From Hadesarchaea archaeon (GTDB taxonomy: Archaea; Hadarchaeota; Hadarchaeia; Hadarchaeales; Hadarchaeaceae), in NCBI GenBank assembly GCA_029259175.1, contig JAPDJH010000004.1, positions 96,001 through 160,000 of the forward strand: a stretch of DNA of 64,000 nt. The letters run 5' to 3'. The position numbers and the translations under genes were made by a program. Under the pieces are notes generated by a model. That model was given only the letters and a program-made list of their open reading frames with translations, had not been told where the DNA came from and did not search any database. Below, one piece after another: positions 50,943-59,634 of this stretch. Positions within the stretch are counted from its first letter, which is position 1. The number at the start of each line of letters is the position of its first letter.

Positions 50943-52605
50943 AGTATCCGAACAATTCAGGACAACCATATAAAGGGTTTTTGGATAGAATCAGTAGTAG
51001 GTGCGGCCGTGGTCTAGTCTGGTCTAGGACTTGGGCCCTCCAAGCCCACGACGCGGGTTCGAATCCCGCCGGCCGCACCTTTCTGGAGGAGAATGCAACC
51101 TTTGCTTTTCTTAACAATTCAAGCAAGTCTCTGACTATTGCCTTCTTCAAGACATGGAAGATGGCACCAACTTTAAAGTATCCGAGGTCGTCCATCGCCG
51201 TGTTCTTTTCTGTGAGTTCCGAAAGAATCTCTTCGGGGCTGAGGTTGAATCTGCGACACAAGTCGAGTATAGTTTTCTTCACGAACTCGCTTTCCGAAAC
51301 GGCCTTCGGCAAAATGCTAAATCCGCTACGTGCGTACTCGTTTCGTAGGTACTCCACGCCCAACGATCTGATATCGTTATATGTGCTTACCTTGTGTCCC
51401 ATCATATATTCGATATGGTCGATTGGAACTCCTCGAGCAGTTAACTGAGTCCGGAAAAACTTACGAAGAGAGTAAAGGCTCCATCTATACCTATTGTTAA
51501 AGCGTTTGTCAGTCATGCCCGCCAAGCGCCTAAGCTTTGCGAACTCCTTTGCCAATGTCTTCTCGCTTACGGGCTTCGGTTTTGGCGAGCGCGAATCTCG
51601 TATAAGCGGTGAATCATCGGTGATTTCTTCGGGAGGAATTTTTCCATCCGGACTTCCCCTCCGACGCATGTCCAGGTATAGTTTTAGATACCGGGCGGTC
51701 ACTTCGTCCACGAATGTGTCATATGAAGCGTACTTTCCCTTCGTGATTTCCTTTTCAATAAATATGTGAAGTGGTGTGATGTTTCGCTCCAGATCCTCCC
51801 GTACGTGATAATATTTCAACCGGCACACTGTGTACGGCCTGATTCCTCCGCCTCCGACGAACCCGATGATCACTTTCCCGCGCAGGTCAGCCACTTCCAT
51901 CAGTCTTTCAACCTGTTCTATAGTGGGCGCGTCGGCTCCGCTTCCATACTCCACACCTCGAATTTTGGGAAGGCTGAGGCTGATATCGTTAACACGGTAA
52001 AGAGCCAGGATGGCCTTGCGATAGTTGTCTATCCTGCCGGTGGACAGACCTGCATCTTGAAGTTCCTCCAAAAAACGTATTATTCCATCCCGGTGGGTAG
52101 AAATCCTTGTAGAATCACGTGTAATATCGTTTATCAGCTCGTCAGGTTCATAGCGGGCCCATTGGGAGAACCGATGAATACAATCCACATATAAGTACAA
52201 TGTCTTGGGGCTCTGAATTTGTCTTCGTAAATAGTAATCACTCAATCGTATCAAGCTCTTGTTCCTTAGCACAAACGGTATCAGGCGGCCTCGGTTTTTT
52301 GCTAGGCTTAAAATATACTTGGCGAGCTTAAGCGATCCCAATTTTGATAAATCGCTCAGAGGAATCTCCACCGGATTCTTCAGCTTCTTTCCGTCGAGTG
52401 TTTCTTTCAAGATAAAGAAGTCGTCTTGTAGCTTTCCATGTGCTAATATGGGGGCCAGCTCGTCTTCGCTTAGCGGTTGCTTTTCAGGAAAAGTTAGCTT
52501 TTCCGGAAAAGTTACCCTAGAAGTGCCCCGCGCCTCGTGGTTTTCATCCATTTGGATTTGCTTTCTGTTCCTCATGTTCTCCATATAGATATATGTTCTC
52601 CTCAA
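50755..52605 (-). CDS. Tyrosine recombinase/integrase; ORF continues through the tRNA-Gly antisense
   Basis: GIR, TKGK, YSLRKFF, MMGHKVSTY catalytic pattern; exact start uncertain. Confidence 0.9.
   Translation of the reverse strand: MRRTYIYMENMRNRKQIQMDENHEARGTSRVTFPEKLTFPEKQPLSEDELAPILAHGKLQDDFFILKETLDGKKLKNPVEIPLSDLSKLGSLKLAKYILSLAKNRGRLIPFVLRNKSLIRLSDYYLRRQIQSPKTLYLYVDCIHRFSQWARYEPDELINDITRDSTRISTHRDGIIRFLEELQDAGLSTGRIDNYRKAILALYRVNDISLSLPKIRGVEYGSGADAPTIEQVERLMEVADLRGKVIIGFVGGGGIRPYTVCRLKYYHVREDLERNITPLHIFIEKEITKGKYASYDTFVDEVTARYLKLYLDMRRRGSPDGKIPPEEITDDSPLIRDSRSPKPKPVSEKTLAKEFAKLRRLAGMTDKRFNNRYRWSLYSLRKFFRTQLTARGVPIDHIEYMMGHKVSTYNDIRSLGVEYLRNEYARSGFSILPKAVSESEFVKKTILDLCRRFNLSPEEILSELTEKNTAMDDLGYFKVGAIFHVLKKAIVRDLLELLRKAKVAFSSRKVRPAGFEPASWAWRAQVLDQTRPRPHLLLILSKNPLYGCPELFGYYADRQAHNPYWLQIRVLGRVRVLHRGKCGSQDRTRPCVSSRHQHSIGLSRTGNWERIASPDN
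51003..51077 (+). tRNA. tRNA-Gly(TCC), probable integration site
   Basis: GCGGCCG acceptor, TGGGC-CC TCC AA-GCCCA, GGTTCGAATCC. Confidence 0.9.
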
Positions 52606-52672
52606 TATAAAAAGCTTTCCCTATTTGGAGAACACATAGTTATATAAAACGCCAGAACGTGATTTAAACGAC

Positions 52673-53491
52673 ATGCGGACGAAGTTTAAGTACAGCGTGA
52701 AGGGCATCGACAAGCCACTGGAAGTGGCCAGATTGCGCCTCCAGGGCATGTCTTTTGGGAAGATCGCCGAAACCTTGGGGGAATACGTCCGGGCATCATA
52801 CCAGAAATACCTCTTCCTATGCACCGCCATGGAACGAAGCGTTGGGCTGATCGTGCATGCCCACCGCCTCTCGAAACGAAAGCTGAACCATAAGCAGCGG
52901 AAACTATTGCAAAAAGCCGAAACGGAGTGTGCCAAACGGGTAAAATACGGCGATCTAGATGCGTTCCACTGGTTGAGGAGATTATACCGCAGCATTTTGA
53001 AAGAGCGAACCTCTGGAAGGGTGATGCATCCTCTTGAGGAGAAAATGCTGGCCTGCGCCTACAGGAACGAGGGTTTTACTCCCACAGACTTCGCGCGCAA
53101 ATATGGACTCAATGTCAAGACCGCCCAGAAGACCTACCTGCTCCTGCGGCACAAGCTGCGGGCGGCGGTCGGGAACTTCGTGCGGCTGGACTCGGTGATC
53201 CCGGAGCCCCACGAGCGGGTGAGCAACCTCTGGCGGTTGGCGGCGCAAATTCGTGACTTGGCGGAATACCCGCCCGAGATCGACCCACTGAACCTTGCGG
53301 GGGAGGCCCTGCTAGGGGTCTGGGCCCAAGAGCTCGTGCTCAGGCGGATGCACGAGAAGGCGGCCGTGTTCAGGTGGCTGTCAAGAAAAGACTCTCTCCC
53401 TCCCCCTCAGACCAAGCTTTTCACACGTGTTCGACTGTCTGAATACTTGATTGAAATTATACGCGAAAGGCTTCGCCACCGAGAAACGTGA
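52673..53491 (+). CDS. Hypothetical basic protein with two HTH-like segments
   Basis: QGMSFGKIAETLG and TPTDFARKYGLNVKTAQK. Confidence 0.55.
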   Translation: MRTKFKYSVKGIDKPLEVARLRLQGMSFGKIAETLGEYVRASYQKYLFLCTAMERSVGLIVHAHRLSKRKLNHKQRKLLQKAETECAKRVKYGDLDAFHWLRRLYRSILKERTSGRVMHPLEEKMLACAYRNEGFTPTDFARKYGLNVKTAQKTYLLLRHKLRAAVGNFVRLDSVIPEPHERVSNLWRLAAQIRDLAEYPPEIDPLNLAGEALLGVWAQELVLRRMHEKAAVFRWLSRKDSLPPPQTKLFTRVRLSEYLIEIIRERLRHRET

Positions 53492-53563
53492 AAAAATGTG
53501 TGAGCATCTGCTAGTCTTCGAACAGATATCTATAATGAGTGAGCATGAAAGAAGGGGGAGAAA

Positions 53564-53755
53564 GGCTTAAGACCGCGAAACCCCATAGGCAGACCGGGAG
53601 GGGTCAGCGCCTCCCCGTACACCAGAAGTATGACGTACGGGTACGGTCGGCTGTTTAGCATAGGCGGGATTGGATCCCGCTTTGTAGTGCCAGCCGTTCA
53701 TCATCCCCTCCCACGCGCCTCATGCGCGCGGTTCGGCGCCTAGTTTCTTACTAGG
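53564..53755 (+). ncRNA. Candidate structured non-coding RNA (or structured DNA site)
   Basis: Seven nested helices plus a terminal hairpin found by eye, no long ORF, TATAA upstream. Confidence 0.45.
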
Positions 53756-54028
53756 AATTCGTAGTCTTCCGGTTACCAACAGCGACGCAAAGTTTGCCGG
53801 TAGTTTGGGAATCCTCTATTTTTTGAAATTTTTGGTGGTATGCGAAATCGAAACAAAACGGTCAAACTCTCAATCAATGATCTATAAAAGTCAAATACAG
53901 TGCCGCAACGAGGACACTTGAGTTTCACTTCGGACCCTCGGGGATTCCATCCCCTCGGACCCAGCCTCTGATATACCATTCAACGGCAGAAGTCAAAAGT
54001 TCCGAAGAGAACCGAAAATTTTAACTTT

Positions 54029-55558
54029 TTAGTTTCGCGTGGCATGTAGCAATCTTTGCTCCAAACATTCTATCTTTTTAAGTTCGGCTTTTATCTCTTT
54101 CCTGAACTTGTACCAACCCATGTAGTCTTCAGTCAGGGCAAGGCATCGATTCAATATATCTCGGGCGTTTGTAAAGCATTCACGAAAATCAGAACTTTTC
54201 CGCTTGAAGCATTTTTGTATTGCTGTTGCAATTTTCATCCTAGCAAGTATCAACGTCCGGATCGTTTCGTAGGAAATCCTTTCTTCTATATCCGTCGTTT
54301 CTTCCATGAGCTTTCGGAGCTTGTGTGCCTGTTTCTCACACTCTCTGACATAATCAGCAAGTATTTCGATTGGTCGTTCGCTTTTCGGAACATTTCTGCC
54401 CGTTCGTTTCGGAAGCGTAAAGCAAAGCTCTTGGTTCATCAATCCGTTTTTGACAAGTTCTAAATTTGCCTTTGCATGTTCTAGCAATACCTCCCAACCC
54501 GCTCGCTCTCTTTTGAGTCTCGCACTACGAATTGAATCCTCACTTTCAATTGGATATTTGTTTATTGCCTCTTCTAACAGTTCGAGATGCTTTTCATAGT
54601 CCTCCCGCTTGCCAGATCGTTGGTATCTATACAAGTGTGAATTAGACAACGCGAGCTTTGCTTGCACGGCCCAGTATGTGGCATTATGTTGATCATTACA
54701 ATTTCTAAAAATAACGGATGCTTTGAAAAGTTCTTTGCTCCGCTCCTCTTCGATTTTTGCTCTCTCTTCGAGTTGGGGGGCATCTTTAAAATGAAGCAAA
54801 GTGGATTTGAGCAAATGAAGATACGCCATTTCTGTTGTTATACTAGGATAAGCTTCAATTTTTTTCTGCTGGGCGATCGCTTCTTCGAGTATCGCTCTAC
54901 ACTCATCTACATTCTCTGTTAGAACCGAAAAACACGCCAAACTTCTTGCCTGTAAGGCCGCCGAGAGATAAGAGTTCTTAGCTTTTTCGGAGGCGATGTT
55001 AAACAATCTTCCAGCTATTTTCAGGTAAGTCTTTCTTTCCTCCGCTGTCTCGGCTGGCTTCTGCGTAAATTCCATTGCTTGTGCGGAAACCTTTGTTGGA
55101 TCCGGTTCCTCCGTGGCCCATTTTTCCCAACGAAGAATTTCATCTAGCTCACGTGTTTTTTCTATGCGCGTTTCCCGCATTTTTGTCAAGAATCTCTCCA
55201 AGATTTTGATGGCTTTACTTGCCTCTCCTTTCGTCGTTCTGCGTCCTTCGTGCTTTACTTGACCCCGCAATCTGTGGATTGAGAATACTTCCTCCTTATA
55301 TGGTAGCGCATAACCGAAACTCTCAACCTCTCGCACGAGTGAAGGGAAACTTCTAACCGAGGTCTCTCTTACTCCCAAGGCCTCAAGCCACCTTTTTAGC
55401 GACACCTCAAATGCCCGATCCACGGTGAGAAGAACCTGATCGTATAACCCACTTTTAAACACCCGCTTAGCCGTATCCAGATCTTCAAATGCTTTTTCAA
55501 AAAAGACCGGCATCTCGTTTTTCTTTCGTTTACGGAAGATCAGGTTTTTCCCTCCCAA
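54029..55558 (-). CDS. HEPN-domain protein with long alpha-helical (TPR-like) C-terminus
   Basis: A.EDL..A....Y...AFEVSLK...RGQVKH (RxxxxH); start may be 55513. Confidence 0.65.
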   Translation of the reverse strand: MGGKNLIFRKRKKNEMPVFFEKAFEDLDTAKRVFKSGLYDQVLLTVDRAFEVSLKRWLEALGVRETSVRSFPSLVREVESFGYALPYKEEVFSIHRLRGQVKHEGRRTTKGEASKAIKILERFLTKMRETRIEKTRELDEILRWEKWATEEPDPTKVSAQAMEFTQKPAETAEERKTYLKIAGRLFNIASEKAKNSYLSAALQARSLACFSVLTENVDECRAILEEAIAQQKKIEAYPSITTEMAYLHLLKSTLLHFKDAPQLEERAKIEEERSKELFKASVIFRNCNDQHNATYWAVQAKLALSNSHLYRYQRSGKREDYEKHLELLEEAINKYPIESEDSIRSARLKRERAGWEVLLEHAKANLELVKNGLMNQELCFTLPKRTGRNVPKSERPIEILADYVRECEKQAHKLRKLMEETTDIEERISYETIRTLILARMKIATAIQKCFKRKSSDFRECFTNARDILNRCLALTEDYMGWYKFRKEIKAELKKIECLEQRLLHATRN

Positions 55559-56157
55559 GATTTTCGAGAAGCCCAGTGCTGATTGGTGAGGGTTGAAAGT
55601 CGGCCATCCTTATCCCGGGGCCAAACCACACAGAACTCGTAACCTCTGTTTTTGTATTCCTCACTTCTTTTTCGAAACTCCTTTTCACTCATGCTTGAGG
55701 ACTTGACATCAATGATTATCGGTCTGGAAAGTCGTCTGCTTGTTGCGACAAAATCCCCCATCCTCCACTGGCTTGGCACGGTTTCGTATATTGGCACCAT
55801 GAAAGTCATCTTGGGGATTATGATGTCCCGCAAAGGTTCACCGCTCTCCTTCTCAATGATTTCCGATCTCACGTTTGCGAGCCAAAAAAGGATCTGATAT
55901 AAGAATCCCTTCATCCGACTGCTTTTCCCTACAGCGCTCTCGAACTTTCTCCATTCGTCACGAATTTCGTCGTAGAGTTCATCGAATTTTTTCTTAAGGT
56001 ATGTCCCCCGCTGCTTTTTACTCTCCAGCTTACGATACTCCTCCGCGTTCTCGATTTCTCGAAGCCTGTTTCGAATGTAGTTGAAAAATTGCCGGAAAAC
56101 GTAGTCTTTGATCTCCCAAGCCAGCTCGGCTCCAAACGGTACCTCCGTTTTGTTCAT
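55540..56157 (-). CDS. Putative PD-(D/E)XK nuclease
   Basis: GDFV...IIIDVKS...Y...CVVWP. Confidence 0.55.
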   Translation of the reverse strand: MNKTEVPFGAELAWEIKDYVFRQFFNYIRNRLREIENAEEYRKLESKKQRGTYLKKKFDELYDEIRDEWRKFESAVGKSSRMKGFLYQILFWLANVRSEIIEKESGEPLRDIIIPKMTFMVPIYETVPSQWRMGDFVATSRRLSRPIIIDVKSSSMSEKEFRKRSEEYKNRGYEFCVVWPRDKDGRLSTLTNQHWASRKSWEGKT

Positions 56158-56273
56158 GGTTCTCCCACCTCTCTTTGCGTGAAGGTTATTTATAAATACA
56201 AAAAATGTATTTAATACACTTTTTGAACATCTCTATTAATACTGAACTCGCAATTATTTCGGAAAGGGGTTCG

Positions 56274-56543
56274 TTGAACCTGGAGCTTCTGGAAAGGAAA
56301 GGGATGCTCAAGATTCTGAAGGCCTTGGCGGAGAAGCCCGAGATGAAGTTCACCGAAATCAGGCGAATCGTCGGAAGCCCGACCTCCACCTCCCGGTGTT
56401 TGCAGGATTTGGTAAAGGCCGGGTTGTTGAAAAAGGAGATCCTGCCCGATCGCTACAGGAGCGTCGAGTATTCCCTAACCCAGCGCGGGATCAAGGTGGC
56501 GAAACTTGTGAAGGAGCTGGAAACGGCGATTACTGGCGAGTGA
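56274..56543 (+). CDS. HxlR/MarR-like winged HTH regulator
   Basis: MKFTEI...TSRCLQDLVKAGLLKK...VEYSLTQRG. Confidence 0.85.
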   Translation: MNLELLERKGMLKILKALAEKPEMKFTEIRRIVGSPTSTSRCLQDLVKAGLLKKEILPDRYRSVEYSLTQRGIKVAKLVKELETAITGE

Positions 56544-56637
56544 GTTTTCTCCCTTTAAATAACACCTCCGCTTCAAACTTGAGTGGGATAAGATCACGGC
56601 CCGCTCCAAACCGAACCGCGCCCCGCCTCCCGCACGG

Positions 56638-57369
56638 GTGTTACGGGAGGCTCTCCTCCTGTTCCCGAACAGGCGCTGGGTTTCCAAGGCGTTTCTTCAG
56701 GCCCTCAGCTCGTATCTCCGCTCACGGCGCAGGCACCCCATAACATACTGCGAGCGGTATGCGGGGCCGACAAAAACGCGCTCCTCGTGTGAGAACTGCC
56801 GGAGGTTTCGCCTGTGCGGACTGCGCGGGATGTGGGAGCGGAGGATGCGCGAGTTCGCCGGAAAACACCTGCGTTTCCGGGGTGCGCCGGCGGTCAGGGT
56901 CTTCGCGGATGCCGGACGGAGATCTCACGTGCTCAGGATAGGTCTGGAATACCGGGGGCGGCGCAGAGTTGACGCGATAATCGAGTACCCGTACGTGTTC
57001 ACCACATCGACCCACGCCGAGCTTTTCGGGGTGTACCACGCGCTGTACCTCCTGCCCGCAGGAACCCGTGCGGAGGTGTTTAACGATGCGGAGCACTGTA
57101 TGAGATCGCTGTCCCTGAACTCCGCTAGGATGTCGCCGGAGATTAGGGGATGGGCGGAACACATCTTCTGGCTGATCGAGAGCAAGGAACTTCAGGTGCG
57201 GTTTCGATGGATACCGCGGGAGATGAACGGCGCCGGAAAGCTTCTTGAGAGATTGGAGAACTCCCACGAGACGCTGGTTCTCAATGGATCCGTTCGCCGC
57301 GAAATCCCGAAGGGTACGCAGCGTCTCGAAGCGGTAATCCAAGCCTGCCTTAGACGCGCCGGAAGATAG
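56638..57369 (+). CDS. RNase HI-like protein with Cys-rich N-terminus
   Basis: VFADAG...THAE...VFNDAE...FRWIPREMN.A motifs of archaeal-type RNase HI. Confidence 0.65.
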   Translation: MLREALLLFPNRRWVSKAFLQALSSYLRSRRRHPITYCERYAGPTKTRSSCENCRRFRLCGLRGMWERRMREFAGKHLRFRGAPAVRVFADAGRRSHVLRIGLEYRGRRRVDAIIEYPYVFTTSTHAELFGVYHALYLLPAGTRAEVFNDAEHCMRSLSLNSARMSPEIRGWAEHIFWLIESKELQVRFRWIPREMNGAGKLLERLENSHETLVLNGSVRREIPKGTQRLEAVIQACLRRAGR

Positions 57370-57761
57370 CGGCAATCAAAACGACCGGCATACCCCGGAG
57401 AGTGCCAACATGTGTTGGCGGTGTGTCCTTTTGAAACGACGCAACCCGCTGATGGTGAAAGACTACAAGCATTTTGATGAGCTTGAAAAGCGTTTGCGCC
57501 GGGGTGAAATTCAGAATGAGCTCCTCGCGCGCCTGTTGGAATCGATTCTCGCTTCAAGCTGGGATGTGGATTCGCTGGAAATGTTCAACTAGACGGCATA
57601 AGCGGCCAAAAATTAGAACGATAGGGCTCGCTCGCGTAAGCTCGCTCGCCCGATAGAGTTCCTAAAATAAACTGAGGAACCTCGCCATGCCCAGTGCCGA
57701 AGGATCGAGAAACTTCTCACAATGAGATAAGAATTTTACAAGATCAGCTAATCAATATAGA

Positions 57762-58952
57762 TTGAGTGGGAACGTGGGCTGCCAGTTCACTGTTGTTGAT
57801 TTGTTCGGAGCACCAGGCGGCCTAGCTCTAGGATTCAAGATGACGGGAAATTACTCTATTTCAGTTTGTGTGGATAGCGATAAAATTGCGGCACAAACAT
57901 ATCAGACCAATATAGGGTCTCCGGTAATCACTATTCCAATCGAGAAGGTAAATTTGAGGGATCTGCTGAGGGTGGGTGGATTAAGGAAGAATGATGTCGA
58001 TGTTGTAATTGGTGGACCGCCGTGTTCCGGGTTTTCTATTGTTGGTCGCGTGAAAATAGCCTCCCTAGCACGAAATGGAATATGGACTCTACGTAACCAT
58101 GACCCCAAGTTTATAGACGACCCACGCAACTTTCTCTATAAATATTTCTACAAGACCGTGAGATACCTCAGCCCAAAATACTTTGTAATGGAGAACGTCC
58201 CGGGAATTCTCAGCTATGCGAAGGGAACGTTGGTAAGCCAAATTTTCAAGGATTTTAATAGAGTCGGATACCATGTGGAGTGGAGAGTTCTCGACGCAAG
58301 CAATTACGGTGTTCCCCAAGTAAGACGGCGGGTATTTTTCATAGGAAGCAAAAAAGGTCTGCCAAACCCGTTTTCGTCGGATGAATATGCTGACCCCGAC
58401 GATAGGAAAAAACGCCGTAAAAGAACCCCGACCGTATGGGAGGCTATTGGCGATCTTCCGCGACTCCGGGCCGGGGAGGGCGATGAAAAAATGCCTTATG
58501 ACCGTAAACCATTTGCCCCTTATCAAAAATGGGCTCGGAAAAGAAGTAAATTTGTTCACAACCATGTAGCCCGAAAGCACGGGGAACGCGATTTAAAATT
58601 GTTCAAATACATGCGAGAGGGGACGAAGTGGAAAGATCTTCCTGCAAGACTTAGAAAAGCATACGGCTATCGAGATGACATTTTTCTGGACAAAATAAGA
58701 AGATTAAGACGGAATAAACCGGCTTGGACGATTACCGCCCACCTTGCCAAAGATGGTTATGCATACATTCATCCAACCCAAAATAGGACAATTACTGTTC
58801 GGGAAGCCGCGAGGCTCCAAAGCTTTCCGGATACATTTATTTTCCACGGCTCGCGCACGAGTCAATATAAACAAGTCGGGAACGCGGTTCCGCCGCTGAT
58901 GGCACGCGCGATTGCCTCCGAGATAAGCCGAATGCTTCAAAAGGGAGGGTAG
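57762..58952 (+). CDS. dcm: DNA (cytosine-5)-methyltransferase
   Basis: DLFGAPGG, GGPPC, ENV, QVRRR, REAARLQSFPD, QVGNAVPP. Confidence 0.95.
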   Translation: MSGNVGCQFTVVDLFGAPGGLALGFKMTGNYSISVCVDSDKIAAQTYQTNIGSPVITIPIEKVNLRDLLRVGGLRKNDVDVVIGGPPCSGFSIVGRVKIASLARNGIWTLRNHDPKFIDDPRNFLYKYFYKTVRYLSPKYFVMENVPGILSYAKGTLVSQIFKDFNRVGYHVEWRVLDASNYGVPQVRRRVFFIGSKKGLPNPFSSDEYADPDDRKKRRKRTPTVWEAIGDLPRLRAGEGDEKMPYDRKPFAPYQKWARKRSKFVHNHVARKHGERDLKLFKYMREGTKWKDLPARLRKAYGYRDDIFLDKIRRLRRNKPAWTITAHLAKDGYAYIHPTQNRTITVREAARLQSFPDTFIFHGSRTSQYKQVGNAVPPLMARAIASEISRMLQKGG

Positions 58953-58956
58953 CTAT

Positions 58957-59604
58957 TTGGCCGAGAACCCAAGAAACCTTGCAAAAATTCTTCTTCAGTG
59001 GTGGAGAAAAAACAAACGGAACTATCCGTGGAGACGGGAAAAGGATCCTTACAAAATACTGATAGCGGAACTTATGCTTCAGCGCACCAAAGCTGATCAA
59101 GTAGCCATGGTCTATTCCCATTTTATTAGCAGATTTCCCAACCCAACAGCCTTGGCTTCGGCCCAGTCATCGGAAATTCAAAACTTTTTTCGACAATTGG
59201 GTCTGCTTTGGAGGGTGAAAAAGGTAAAAAAGCTTGGTTTAACGTTAAAAAAACGATTTGCGGGAAGAATCCCAAATAACAGAGAAGAACTACTTTCTCT
59301 GCCAGGAGTAGGCGAATACATCGCGGACGCTGTGCTGGCTTCCGCGTTTAATGAAAAAGTTGTTGCCGTTGATATGAATGTTTGTCGAGTCGTGCGGAGA
59401 TTGTTTGACCTAAAACCCCGCGGCGAGTGTAAACGGGACCCCCAAGTAAGAAAAAAGGTACAACAAATGATGCCGGAAAATAATGTAAAGGAATTCAACT
59501 GGGCAATGATGGACTTTGCTGCTTTGGTATGCATCCCGCGTAACCCTCGATGTCGAATTTGCCCCCTAAAAACAAAATGTTTGTTTATGTCGAGAAATCG
59601 GTGA
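58957..59604 (+). CDS. HhH-GPD mismatch DNA glycosylase with 4Fe-4S cluster (Mig/T:G-like)
   Basis: YPWR, ELMLQRT, LPGVGEY, VD.N, C..RNPRC..CPL..C. Confidence 0.85.
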   Translation: MAENPRNLAKILLQWWRKNKRNYPWRREKDPYKILIAELMLQRTKADQVAMVYSHFISRFPNPTALASAQSSEIQNFFRQLGLLWRVKKVKKLGLTLKKRFAGRIPNNREELLSLPGVGEYIADAVLASAFNEKVVAVDMNVCRVVRRLFDLKPRGECKRDPQVRKKVQQMMPENNVKEFNWAMMDFAALVCIPRNPRCRICPLKTKCLFMSRNR

Positions 59605-59634
59605 GATTCGGGCCACAGATTCGAAACGTGTCCG

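Noticed and set aside
53663-53681. GCGGG-N7-CCCGC as a tRNA T-arm or second att site
   Set aside because: The loop lacks TTCGA, no cloverleaf forms around it, and it does not match the tRNA-Gly 3' end
53773-53979. 68-aa ORF with CPRC
   Set aside because: Only one CxxC pair and no clear family; possibly a remnant, not called
57624-57652. GCTCGCTCGC tandem motif
   Set aside because: A single short occurrence; an element or function cannot be supported
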